Below are positions 17,294 to 27,774 of a DNA stretch of 32,000 nt, piece after piece. The position numbers were made by a program, and so were the translations under genes. The first letter of the stretch is position 1. Every line of letters starts with the position of its first letter. The notes under the pieces are model-generated. The model was not told the DNA's origin. It saw only the letters and a list, made by a program, of their open reading frames with translations, and did no database searches. Source of the stretch: Planctopirus limnophila DSM 3776 (GTDB lineage: Bacteria > Planctomycetota > Planctomycetia > Planctomycetales > Planctomycetaceae); NCBI RefSeq assembly GCF_000092105.1, contig NC_014148.1:1620001-1652000 (forward strand), in the 5' to 3' direction.

Positions 17294-18253
17294 TCATGCG
17301 CTTTGGGAGAAGGCAGGGCAGACACGGTTGAGCCAGTTTGTACTCTGTTCGAGGAACAACGCGTGGCAAGGTTCGAATTCGATGGTGTGAGCCGCCTCTG
17401 CATACCACTGGAGTTCGTGGGGAAGTGGCGAATGTTGAAGTTCTTTCTGGAAAAGAGCTTGAGTGCGATGGCTGTCAATTATCTGATCCTGGCCGGCCAA
17501 AGCGAGGAAGACGGGTCTTTGAGGATGGCTCAGCCCCTGGAGCGCCAGCGGCCCTAATTGATGGTGGTGCCAGAAAAATCGTAATGTGGCTTCTCTGAGG
17601 GCGAGAGAGTCATGCGCAATAAATTCCTGAGCTGAGATGTTTCTGGTGAATCGCTCAGGTTCCAGCCCGGGAATCTTTTTGAGCTTTGGGCTCATTGAGG
17701 TGTTTTGAACGAATTTCAATAGTAATTTCTGCAATCGATTCGGCTCGATCCGGGGACAGATCCCTGGGTACAACAGCATGCAGGCTGAGATTTTTTCAGG
17801 CCACAAACTTGCATAGGCGGCTGCCAGGCGACCACCCCAACTCATTCCTGCCAGCACAATCTGAGGTTGGAATGATACCAAGGGTTGATCACGAAATGAC
17901 TGCCTCAGTGAGCCTGTTGTGAGACTTCTGGCAAGGTTGATCCAAGCGGAAATGTCGAATAACCAGCGATCGGCATGCTGGACATCACCTCGATGGGTGG
18001 AGTTAAGTCCTGATCCACGTCGATCAGGGGCCAGGATCAGCCAGCCTTGTTGAGCCCAATGGGAGCAGGATCGATCGTACCAGAGCGAGTGGCTTTGTAT
18101 GCCATGCAGCAGAATAAGAGCACGACCAGTCGGTTGGGTCGGTTGCCAGAGGCGATAATTCAGCACAGAGCCATCGGACATGACCAACTGCCGCGGTTCG
18201 GGAAGAGAGGCAAGTGCCGGTTGCGGATCGCTCATCAAATGGCCTGGCAACAT
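17294..18253 (-). CDS. Alpha/beta-fold hydrolase (lysophospholipase/esterase-like)
   Basis: 319-aa ORF with ATG at 18253. It has the oxyanion region LILLHGIQSHS and the nucleophile elbow GMSWGG, and a conserved His lies near the C-terminus (AAHTIEFE). Confidence 0.85.
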   Translation of the reverse strand: MLPGHLMSDPQPALASLPEPRQLVMSDGSVLNYRLWQPTQPTGRALILLHGIQSHSLWYDRSCSHWAQQGWLILAPDRRGSGLNSTHRGDVQHADRWLFDISAWINLARSLTTGSLRQSFRDQPLVSFQPQIVLAGMSWGGRLAAAYASLWPEKISACMLLYPGICPRIEPNRLQKLLLKFVQNTSMSPKLKKIPGLEPERFTRNISAQEFIAHDSLALREATLRFFWHHHQLGPLALQGLSHPQRPVFLALAGQDQIIDSHRTQALFQKELQHSPLPHELQWYAEAAHTIEFEPCHALFLEQSTNWLNRVCPAFSQSA

Positions 18254-18584
18254 GGTTATCGATCTTGTGTGACGGGATGCTCAGGTCATGGTTCCGAGGT
18301 GATGATCCTTCGGGTCGCAGGGGGAATGTGGCCCAACCCCAAAGGGATGACAAGCTGATCGGCTTCTCTGAAAGCCTGTTGAGGATTGCCATTTGCTGGT
18401 TCGTCGGCAAGATAGCTGTGTTCCTTGCCGTCGAACAGATGGATTTGATGGGTTGTGAAGTGAGCCAGTTGTTGCAACTTTTTCAGTTAAAGACGATCTT
18501 GTCTGTCAGTCATTGAAGCCAATTGAGTGGAATCGACGCTCGTTTTTCGAAAATTGACTGTCAGGCTCGCTAAGGGACGTGTTT

Positions 18585-19703
18585 GTGCCACAAAGGATTG
18601 CTCTGATCATTCCGACGCTGGATCAGTCAGGGGCTGAAAAGCAGTTCACGCTGTTAGCGACTCATTTGTCGAAAGCGGATTTTACCTGCAGAGTCCTGGC
18701 ACTCACCAGAGGCGGCCCTTATGAGAAAATTCTGCAAGAGCACGACATCGAAGTGCGTATTCTAAACAAGCGATGGAAGTTCGATCCCTGGGCTTACTCA
18801 CGGCTTCGACGCGAATTGATCGAGTTTGATCCAGATATTGTCCATACCTGGCTTTTTGCTGCCAATGCTTATGGTCGTCTGGCTGCCAGAGCCGTTCCTC
18901 GCGCCAAAGTGGTCGTTTCTGAGCGTTGCGTCGACAGTTGGAAAGCTGGTTGGCAGACATTCCTTGATCGGCGTCTCATCGCCGGGACCGATCAACTCAT
19001 CGGTAACTCGAAAAGCGTGGTGGAGTTTTATCGGAAGTTGGGCATTCCAGAGAGCAAGCTGGGTTGTATTCCCAATGGCATTGAGTTGCCTGTAATCGAA
19101 CCAGTTTCGCTGGCTTCCAAAGAGACTTGGAGAAGCGAGCAGGGGATTCCCAAAGAAAGTTTTGTGGTGGGTTATGTCGGCAGACTGGCCCCGCAAAAAG
19201 CCATTCAAGACCTGATCTGGGCTATTGAAACCTTAAGGCAGATTCGTCCTCAGTGTCATCTTTACATTGCGGGAGATGGCCCGGAACGAGGTCGACTGGA
19301 GAGATTGGTACATGCCGTGCATGCCAATGCCCATGTCCATTTTGCGGGACATGTGAACAAAACAGATGAGATCTATCGACATATCGATGCGTTTTGTTTG
19401 CCGAGTCGCTTTGAAGGGATGTCCAATAGCCTGTTAGAAGCGATGAGTTGGGGAGTTCCCTGCCTGGCAAGTGCAATTCCAGCGAACGCAGAGTTGATCG
19501 AGAATGCCAGAAGTGGTCTTTTGTTCAATGCCGGGGATGCTGTGGGATTGATGCAAGGGCTGCGGCGGTTCATTGATGAGCCCGAACTGCGGCATCATCT
19601 GGGCCAGCAGGCGCGGCAGCGAGTTTCCAGTGAATTTACGATTTCTCAAATGGTGGATCGCTGGGTATCTGTTTACAGAAGTTTAAATGCAGTCAATGGT
19701 TAA
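18585..19703 (+). CDS. Glycosyltransferase family 4 (paralogue of 2946..4136)
   Basis: It has PSRFEGMSNSLLEAMSWGVPCL (E-x7-E) and an N-terminal TLDQSGAEKQ loop. GTG 18585 has better spacing to AAGGGA (18572-18577) than the GTG at 18579 used in the track. Stop TAA at 19701-19703. Confidence 0.9.
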   Translation: MPQRIALIIPTLDQSGAEKQFTLLATHLSKADFTCRVLALTRGGPYEKILQEHDIEVRILNKRWKFDPWAYSRLRRELIEFDPDIVHTWLFAANAYGRLAARAVPRAKVVVSERCVDSWKAGWQTFLDRRLIAGTDQLIGNSKSVVEFYRKLGIPESKLGCIPNGIELPVIEPVSLASKETWRSEQGIPKESFVVGYVGRLAPQKAIQDLIWAIETLRQIRPQCHLYIAGDGPERGRLERLVHAVHANAHVHFAGHVNKTDEIYRHIDAFCLPSRFEGMSNSLLEAMSWGVPCLASAIPANAELIENARSGLLFNAGDAVGLMQGLRRFIDEPELRHHLGQQARQRVSSEFTISQMVDRWVSVYRSLNAVNG

Positions 19704-20082
19704 GTCCATTTTTTGTGACATCTCTGAGATGCGGGAGCTTTTTTCAGTCCATGAAAAGCTAGTTGCAAAAGTGGAAGATTCTCTAAAATCCAGCGACAGA
19801 CATAAAAACTTGCAAATTCAAATGAATCACAAATCAGTTTTCCTCACGCTTTTCTGGTCTTGGTCGTAGTATTCATCGAGCGTTCAACCAGTTTGCCTGA
19901 AAGGCAGATGCTCTACGCAGGTACATCTTGTGAATGCTGTTTCAGCGGAAAATCGTTCGCCAAGCGAAATAATTGAGGCGAATGCTGAAATCGACTGGCA
20001 TGATAACTGCGTTGGAAAGAAGGAACCGGGCGATCGTTCGTGCCCGGATAGTATTGAGCTTTAATTTAGCAGGAGGTGCACC

Positions 20083-20541
20083 ATGTCTCGCAATGACGCT
20101 GTCGCCAAGATCAAGAAGCACCTGCTCCTGCAACGTGAAGATCTCAGGTCGAAAATTGCAGAAGAAATGGGTCTGGCCTATTCGCCAGACGATGGCATTA
20201 ATGACCTTGGTGAAACCGCTGCACTGGTGGAGCAGTCCGAGCTTCATACTCAGTTAGCCGCCTTGGAAACACGTGAGTTGATGCAAATCAACCGCGCCCT
20301 GGCGCTGATTGAAGAAGGTCATTACGGAGTCTGCCAGAAATGCTCCAAAGCTATTCCTCTGGCCCGACTTCAGGCTGTCCCATTCACCACGGTTTGTGTC
20401 GAATGTCAACGTCGCCAGGAAGATCTGGGAGACAATGACGAAGACGCCTACTCGGTCGATTGGCGTAAAGCTTACGATCATGAGCGGCGCTCCAACACAG
20501 CCGAATACAGTGTTCAGGATTTCGATCTCGCTTCCGAATGA
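20083..20541 (+). CDS. DksA/TraR-family C4 zinc-finger regulator
   Basis: ATG at 20083 follows AGGAGG (20071-20076). A coiled-coil N-terminal half precedes CQKC-x17-CVEC (GHYGVCQKCSKAIPLARLQAVPFTTVCVECQ). Confidence 0.85.
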   Translation: MSRNDAVAKIKKHLLLQREDLRSKIAEEMGLAYSPDDGINDLGETAALVEQSELHTQLAALETRELMQINRALALIEEGHYGVCQKCSKAIPLARLQAVPFTTVCVECQRRQEDLGDNDEDAYSVDWRKAYDHERRSNTAEYSVQDFDLASE

Positions 20542-20556
20542 TCTGTGAATTGAGAA

Positions 20557-20585
20557 GCGTCCTCAGTCACCTGAGACGTCTTTTT
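20557..20585 (+). terminator. First intrinsic terminator after the dksA-like gene
   Basis: Stem cgtcctcag/ctgagacg (8 bp with one bulged C) encloses a tcac loop and is followed by tcttttt. It starts 16 nt after the stop codon. Confidence 0.6.
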
Positions 20586-20610
20586 AAGACATAGCTGTGA
20601 TCCATTTTAA

Positions 20611-20649
20611 GGGCAGGACATCCAGGCGATGTCCTGCCCTTTGATTTTT
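20611..20649 (+). terminator. Second, stronger intrinsic terminator after the dksA-like gene
   Basis: An 11-bp GC-rich stem, gggcaggacat (20611-20621) with atgtcctgccc (20629-20639), is followed by tttgattttt. Confidence 0.75.
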
Positions 20650-20914
20650 CCAACTGACGACAAGCTTTGGCGTTGCCTGATTTCGCAGAACAGAAATCCT
20701 TCTCCTGGAAAATCTTCTATGCAAAGAATCCGGTCTCGATCTTCATCCAAACAGAACAGAGATTGTTTACATCAATGATCGTTGATCGTTATGATTCTTT
20801 CGTCACCATTCGAGGAGTCATTGATCAACAACGTGTGTGATCTGATGACGTTGATTCAACTGGCCATACTGTCGCCCTCGTCTGTACCCCTCTTTTCTGT
20901 GGAGCAACCTCTCT

Positions 20915-22309
<1,395 letters not shown>

Positions 22310-22338
22310 GACTTTGATCAATAGATTCTGACAGAATG

Positions 22339-22381
22339 AAAAACCTTCTCAACACAACTGCTGTTGAGAAGGTTTTTACTT
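22339..22381 (+). terminator. Intrinsic terminator after the oxidoreductase gene
   Basis: aaaaaccttctcaac (22339-22353) pairs with gttgagaaggttttt (22363-22377) around a 9-nt loop, and a T-run follows. The flanking A-run and T-run make it potentially bidirectional. Confidence 0.8.
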
Positions 22382-22502
22382 TTCCGTGGTGGTGACTTGG
22401 ACCATCGTTCTCAGGAACCGGGTTCTCACTAGCCAGGAATTCCTTTCGACCGGCGTTCAATTTGCGATTGTTGTCAACCAGGGGAGACGACTCCTCGTTT
22501 TG

Positions 22503-23219
22503 ATGACAAAGGGCAACGCAATGGTCAACCAGCGAATCATCTGTGGCATTCTTGCAACATGCCTCTGGGGATCTTTAGAGGTTGCGCAAGCTGGCGCTGT
22601 GGTGACTTTGGTCGATGGACGGATTTTGAAAGCCGATACGGCGGAATTTTCGGGCAATGGACAGAGTCTGATTCTTGAAACGATACGCGATGGTCTGGTC
22701 ATTCGGCGAACTTTGAATCGATCAACAGTCGCTAAACTGGAACTGGATGATGTTCCTGCGCCTGGACAAGTGGCCGTCTCCTCCGCAGCAATCATGGAGC
22801 CTCCAGCAGACTCAATGCGGCCCCAGGCTGATCCTGCCATCGATCCACGGCAGATTCAGCCCGGCATTGAACAGGTGCTCTGGATGGAAAATCGCATGAT
22901 GATTCAGCAACCGGGGTATCTCGTCGGAAGTCCTCAGGCACCTCAGAGCATCAAGCAGTTTGCCGGTTGGCCTTCAGCAGGAGTGGTCGTCGGCGTGCGA
23001 CAGGACCCGCTGGAAGCGTATGGACAGCAGGCAGCGCGCTGGTATCCACAGGGGATTCCCCAACTGGAAGCCGGCTACGCCAGGCAACTCTTGCGGAATG
23101 ATGCGGCTTATCAGGTGGCTCCGCCCTGGGCCTTTAACTCCTGGAACAACCAGCAAGGGACAACGAACCCCGGTTATCTGCCCCCGGATCGCCGATTTTC
23201 GCTGCTCTATCTCCCATGA
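22503..23219 (+). CDS. Hypothetical exported protein (Gln/Pro-rich C-terminal half)
   Basis: The start is ATG 22503 or 22521. The signal peptide is MVNQRIICGILATCLWGSLEVAQAGA. The upstream part of the tracked ORF (22386-22502) overlaps the terminator and is rejected. No family recognised. Confidence 0.65.
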   Translation: MTKGNAMVNQRIICGILATCLWGSLEVAQAGAVVTLVDGRILKADTAEFSGNGQSLILETIRDGLVIRRTLNRSTVAKLELDDVPAPGQVAVSSAAIMEPPADSMRPQADPAIDPRQIQPGIEQVLWMENRMMIQQPGYLVGSPQAPQSIKQFAGWPSAGVVVGVRQDPLEAYGQQAARWYPQGIPQLEAGYARQLLRNDAAYQVAPPWAFNSWNNQQGTTNPGYLPPDRRFSLLYLP

Positions 23220-23343
23220 CGATCCGATGATCTGAACACGAATGTTGCATAATGGGAGCTGCGGGCCGGATGAATGATATTACTGGCTAAGTGCTATGTC
23301 TGAAGACTTCGGTCGACCATGTTTTCTTGATCACTCCAGCAAA

Positions 23344-23388
23344 CAGCCCTCGGCTGAATCTTTCGATTCGAACCGAGGGCTGCTTTTG
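23344..23388. terminator. Bidirectional intrinsic terminator between convergent genes
   Basis: A 10-bp stem, cagccctcgg (23344-23353) with ccgagggctg (23373-23382), is followed by cttttgtg on the plus strand and tttgc on the minus strand. It lies between the 22503..23219 gene (+) and fae (-). Confidence 0.7.
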
Positions 23389-23412
23389 TGTTGTGCTTGA
23401 GGCACTGGAAAA

Positions 23413-23910
23413 CTAGATGCCAGAGAATGGATGCTTGGCGGAATCCTTCTTCGCGATCATTTCATCGGCACTCGGCTCGTTCTTCATGGCGCGAGCAATC
23501 GCGAGCTTAGTTGCTTCGTAGTTGTAGTCGACAATCTTGCGATCATCGGCGGCTTCCCAGTGAATGAAGACGCCGCAAACAATCACGAGCTTTTCAGCCT
23601 GATCCTTAGGAATAACCCCTTCGGCAACAGAATCCGCCACAGCCTTCGCTACTGCATACTGGGCAGGACCAAACATCTGGACAGCCTGGCGGGCACCCTT
23701 GATCGTGACCTTGGTGATCATCACGGTGGCTGGCTTGACAGCCAGATTCGGTGTGAGGACAGCCAGCAGGTTTGAATGTCCAGCTTTCTGGTCGGCCAGG
23801 GCATTGGCAAAGGCCACGCCGACGGGGCCGTTCTTGTCACCAATCATGAGGTCGATGTGGGCAATTTCGTTGCCTTCGCCAGCCAGTGCTTCACCGATGT
23901 AAAATGACAT
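23413..23910 (-). CDS. fae: Formaldehyde-activating enzyme (5,6,7,8-tetrahydromethanopterin hydro-lyase)
   Basis: The 165-aa product aligns end to end with my memory of Methylobacterium Fae: GEALAGEGNEIAHIDLMIG, LLAVLTPNL, ARQAVQMFGPAQ, VFIHWEAADD.KI..YNYEATKLAI, HPF. Confidence 0.9.
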   Translation of the reverse strand: MSFYIGEALAGEGNEIAHIDLMIGDKNGPVGVAFANALADQKAGHSNLLAVLTPNLAVKPATVMITKVTIKGARQAVQMFGPAQYAVAKAVADSVAEGVIPKDQAEKLVIVCGVFIHWEAADDRKIVDYNYEATKLAIARAMKNEPSADEMIAKKDSAKHPFSGI

Positions 23911-24341
23911 GAGATGTGCCTTTCGTCCGTTCTTCGCATTCGAAGGAATATGATCAAAGCAGGACGGTTCCGGGGAGCAGTCAGGTCAAGAGATCAATGA
24001 GCCTGGTGACTCGATCTTGCCTTGACGCTCCCGTCAATACGTTTACAACCTGCTCAATATCCAAGCTTTCTACAAGCCAGAAGTGAGTTGCCAGAGCCAC
24101 TCATCCCATCGCTTATGGTTTCATTTCGAGAGTGTTTCTAACACAGCCCAAGTGCAAAAGCCAGCAGGCAAGGACGATCGTGATGGTTGCCAGGCAGTCC
24201 AGGCCCACCATCTTTCTGCTAATACACTTTCCATGAGAACAAAGGGCTCCGTGTGCCATGCTTGCAGCCTTGTGCAAGCATGTCTTCGCGACCAACAACA
24301 CACAGTTGTTTCCTGGGAACCGTATAAGAGGTGCCGGATTG

Positions 24342-24380
24342 AAAAAAGAGCCTCGTCCTGCAGGGAACGAAGCTCTTTTT
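24342..24380 (-). terminator. Intrinsic terminator of xylA
   Basis: On the minus-strand RNA, gagcuucgu pairs with acgaggcuc (9 bp, one G:U) and is followed by UUUUUU. On the plus strand the stems are at 24348-24356 and 24367-24375. The element is flanked by an A6 run and a T5 run. It begins about 30 nt after the xylA stop. Confidence 0.7.
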
Positions 24381-24406
24381 CTCATGCCGACATTCATGCC
24401 CAAAGA

Positions 24407-25720
24407 TTACTGAATGTAATCATTGATGATGTTTTCCAGCAGTTCCTGTCGCCCCGACTGATTCTTGGCAACCGCTTTACCTTCCAATACGTACTTTTCC
24501 AGATCGGCAAAGGTGATCTTGCCAGATTCAACGCTGTTGCCAATCCCTGCATCCCAGGTGGCGTAACGATTCTTTACGAAATCCTTGAGCACGCCATCTT
24601 TACGAATGGCGGCCGCAATCTTTGCACCACGGGCAAAAGCATCCATTCCGCCAATGTGAGCATAGAAGAGATCCACCGGCTCGAAGCTTTCACGACGAAC
24701 CTTGGCATCGAAGTTGATCCCACCCGGTGCCAGTCCCTGTTGTTCGAGGATCACCAGCATGCACTGTGTCGTCAGGTAAATGTCTGTCGGGAATTGATCG
24801 GTATCCCAGCCCAGGAGCAGGTCGCCAGTGTTGGCATCAATGCTTCCCAGTGCATTCTGCATTGAGGCATACGCCAGTTCATGCATCATCGTGTGGCCCG
24901 CCAGCGTGGCGTGGTTCGTTTCGATGTTCATTTTGACGTAATCTGTCAGGCCATAAGCCCGGCAGAAGTTCATACAGGCTGCCACATCGAAATCGTACTG
25001 ATGCTTGGTCGGTTCTTTCGGCTTAGGTTCAAACAGGAACTGACCTTTGAAGCCAATGGCCTTGGCATGTTCGACCGCGAGATGCATGAACTTGGCCAGA
25101 TGGTCGAGTTCTCGTTTCATATCGGTGTTGTAGAGGTTCTGATAGCCTTCGCGACCACCCCAGAACACATAGTTTTCACCGCCGAGTTCGTGGGTGACTT
25201 CCAGTGCTTTTTTGACCTGTGCACAGGCATATGCAAAGACATCGGCATTGGGGCTGGTCGCAGCTCCGTGCATGTACCGTGGGTGCGAAAAGAGATTGGC
25301 AGTGCCCCAGAGAAGCTTGATTCCGGTTTCCAGCTGTTTCTCCTTCAGTCGAGCGACCACGGCGTCGAGATTCTTGTTCGACTCAGCCAGTGTGGCCCCT
25401 TCGGGAGCCACATCGCGGTCATGGAAGCAGTAGAACGGGGCTCCCAGCTTTTCGACGAACTCAAAGGCCACATCGACTCGCTTGATGGCGTTGGCCACGG
25501 ATTCTGTGCCGTCATCCCAGGGCTTTTGCAAAGTGGCTCCACCAAATGGATCACTTCCGGTGCCGCGGAAGGTGTGCCAGTAGGCCACGCTGTACCGGAG
25601 CAGATCCTTCATGGATTGCCCTTCGATCTGTTCGTCCGCGTTGTAATGCTTGAAAGCCAGCGGATTTTTAGACTTTGGGCCTTCGTAGACGATCTTCGAG
25701 ATTTCAGGAAAGTACGACAT
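24407..25720 (-). CDS. xylA: Xylose isomerase (class II)
   Basis: 437 aa from ATG 25720 ([26 protein letters not shown]...). It has [23 protein letters not shown] and the metal-site motifs HATLAGH and [14 protein letters not shown]. The 59-codon upstream extension in the track is not part of canonical XylA. Confidence 0.95.
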   Translation of the reverse strand: MSYFPEISKIVYEGPKSKNPLAFKHYNADEQIEGQSMKDLLRYSVAYWHTFRGTGSDPFGGATLQKPWDDGTESVANAIKRVDVAFEFVEKLGAPFYCFHDRDVAPEGATLAESNKNLDAVVARLKEKQLETGIKLLWGTANLFSHPRYMHGAATSPNADVFAYACAQVKKALEVTHELGGENYVFWGGREGYQNLYNTDMKRELDHLAKFMHLAVEHAKAIGFKGQFLFEPKPKEPTKHQYDFDVAACMNFCRAYGLTDYVKMNIETNHATLAGHTMMHELAYASMQNALGSIDANTGDLLLGWDTDQFPTDIYLTTQCMLVILEQQGLAPGGINFDAKVRRESFEPVDLFYAHIGGMDAFARGAKIAAAIRKDGVLKDFVKNRYATWDAGIGNSVESGKITFADLEKYVLEGKAVAKNQSGRQELLENIINDYIQ

Positions 25721-25935
25721 GAGCAGTGCTTCTTGGCATGAATGAGTGAATGTGCGAGCGGCCATCGCTCTGCAGTGCGCGAAGTTTACCACTGAGGCTG
25801 GACACAAAACAGATCCACGAGCATTGATGAAATATTTCTCGCAGGATTCGTGTTTTTTTACTGGTCGGGCTGAGCTGAAATTCTGTGATTTTGCCAAAAA
25901 CGCTCAACGGGTCGGGCTCACCGATTAGAGAAAAC

Positions 25936-27774
25936 TTACCAACCCGAAAAGACAGGGGCTCCTTCAAAATCTGTCGGCACCTCTTCCAGGGCTTCGTCCA
26001 TCCCCCGGTCTCGAAAGACATGCAGGATCCGGGCACGGCTGATTTCATCGTACTCCGGCTCGGGATAGTTCTTCCGACCAAGATTCGGGGAGCGATGAAT
26101 ATCAAGTTCGGCAACGATCACGCGAATCCCGCGAAGCCCGGTAAACTGGTGTTCTTCGGCACGTTGCCTGCCCCCATGCATGTCGTAAGTTTCGAACATC
26201 ACCCGCAAGACTTTGACAAACTTACGAAAGGAAATTCCCTTCTCAAGATAGATCAGATCGATATCGAGGGCTTTCGTCAGCAGGTAGTAATGATGTCTCG
26301 CACGCATAGAAATAGCCCGGTAAAAAGGCCATGAAAGAATCGGGTCGAGAATGGTTCGATCCCGGAGAAATCGGGATTCCCGGTCACCATCCGCAGCCAG
26401 ACCCAGCATGAACCAGTGCTGCAATCCCACCAGAATCCCGGTTGGTGGAGATTCGCTCTGCCTGGCGAGTGGTTTCATGAGTTTCTCCAGACCACGGAGT
26501 AGCTCTCTCCGGGCAGCGATTTCAAATCGTCTCACGCGCAGAAAGGTCTCCGAGTCATGCCACAAACTGCCCGTTGGCGCAAGACTTGAATTCGCTTCCA
26601 TCGAATCTGCAGAGTCTGTTGGTCTGGTTGCTGACGCTGTGTGGACCCTCTGGGAAATGACCAGCTTTTGAATTCGTCCCAACGTCGCGGAAAAGAGTTG
26701 TGCGACAGGTCGTGCGTATCGTTTCCAGCGAACAGTCGCGACTGGCTTCACAGATAATTCGTGAGGAATTCTCGCTGGGTGAAAAACTGTTGCCAGCAGC
26801 AAATATCTGAGATTGATGACAGTGATCATCAGCGATCCCAGGCAAGCAACCCATGTGATCAATCCTTGCAGCAGATGCAGGGCCGGCAATTGATGTGCTG
26901 TCGCGTTTGGTAACGTCCCTGCAAAAATGAGTGCCGGAACAGCTAAAGAGATGGGAAATGACCACTGAATCGCCATTAACCAGCGGCCATCAATATGCAT
27001 CAGTCGTGTTCCGGCGGCTTGTCGGCAAGTGAAAAGTAAACCCTGACCGCAACAGAGAATTGACAGCAGAATCAGCGCATACATGCCCAGGATGAGGTTG
27101 ACTCCCCATCGGCATGGAAGCAGCAGTGCAGCAACGAATACGAAGGCCACCGCCAGGCACGAAAGTTGATGAATTCGGCGGCGGATCTGGTCATCCTCTG
27201 CATCAGCCTGACGGGGATTATTCAACAGTTTCCCCGCATGCTCCATCAGCATGTCATGCAGACCCAGATAGAAAAATACCCCATGGATCAGCATCGCTGA
27301 GATGCCAGTGATCACGATCAGTGACCATAGGCCAAGCCACGGCAGGTAAAAATTCCCTGCGGCCAACTCTCTTAAGAAGGCAGCCGGGTAAAATGTGGTA
27401 ACGATTGCCAGCAGCGTGAGCGGAAATGTGGCGATCGCAATCGCACCCCAAAGCCGAGGCAGACCGTAAAGTCTGTGTTGGGCTGGGGGGCGAAAGTCGA
27501 CACCAAAGTTCATCAGGCTTTTTCGGAATTGCTTCAACCCCCGGTCAATTTTCAGTATCAGCCATGTAACAATGGCCAGTGGCTGCCTGCGATGAACTCG
27601 AATTGTCAGGATGAACGCTATAATCAAAGCCACGAATGAGGCCAGGTCAAACCAGTCCGACTTCGTCTCTCGACCCAGAAGTTCGAGGAGTACGAGCAGG
27701 CAGAGCCACAATGTGGCTGTGACTTTCGCAACCGGTGAAGCCGCTGACAGTTGTTGCCAGATTCGCGAGAACAT
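25936..27774 (-). CDS. Orphan polytopic membrane protein (about 8 TM plus ~280-aa soluble C-terminal domain)
   Basis: 612-aa ORF with ATG at 27774. Eight hydrophobic segments lie in the first ~330 aa. A charged, Arg-rich soluble region follows. No family or motif recognised. Confidence 0.8.
   Translation of the reverse strand: MFSRIWQQLSAASPVAKVTATLWLCLLVLLELLGRETKSDWFDLASFVALIIAFILTIRVHRRQPLAIVTWLILKIDRGLKQFRKSLMNFGVDFRPPAQHRLYGLPRLWGAIAIATFPLTLLAIVTTFYPAAFLRELAAGNFYLPWLGLWSLIVITGISAMLIHGVFFYLGLHDMLMEHAGKLLNNPRQADAEDDQIRRRIHQLSCLAVAFVFVAALLLPCRWGVNLILGMYALILLSILCCGQGLLFTCRQAAGTRLMHIDGRWLMAIQWSFPISLAVPALIFAGTLPNATAHQLPALHLLQGLITWVACLGSLMITVINLRYLLLATVFHPARIPHELSVKPVATVRWKRYARPVAQLFSATLGRIQKLVISQRVHTASATRPTDSADSMEANSSLAPTGSLWHDSETFLRVRRFEIAARRELLRGLEKLMKPLARQSESPPTGILVGLQHWFMLGLAADGDRESRFLRDRTILDPILSWPFYRAISMRARHHYYLLTKALDIDLIYLEKGISFRKFVKVLRVMFETYDMHGGRQRAEEHQFTGLRGIRVIVAELDIHRSPNLGRKNYPEPEYDEISRARILHVFRDRGMDEALEEVPTDFEGAPVFSGW

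Noticed and set aside
17370-17380. tRNA T-loop-like string ggttcgaattc.
   Set aside because: It lies inside the alpha/beta-hydrolase CDS, and no acceptor, D or anticodon arms can be built around it. No tRNA-like cloverleaf was found anywhere in the intergenic regions.
18286-18477. 63-codon minus-strand ORF ending 33 nt upstream of the alpha/beta-hydrolase start (…HFTTHQIHLFDGKEHSYLADEPANGNPQQAF…).
   Set aside because: Only a TTG start is available, there is no RBS and no internal Met, and no family is recognised. It cannot be supported from sequence alone, although part of it reads protein-like.
19687-19869. 60-codon plus-strand ORF overlapping the end of the second GT4 gene and running into the AT-rich spacer.
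   Set aside because: It overlaps the GT4 stop region, has AT-rich codon usage unlike neighbouring genes, and has no RBS or recognisable features.
24113-24403. 96-codon minus-strand ORF between xylA and fae.
   Set aside because: It would have to be translated straight through the xylA intrinsic terminator (24342-24380). The product is Cys/Leu/Gly-rich without features.
25721-25897. 59-codon N-terminal extension of xylA in the ORF track.
   Set aside because: Canonical class II xylose isomerases start at MSYFP..I.KI.YEG, which is the Met at 25720. The extension has no counterpart in the family.
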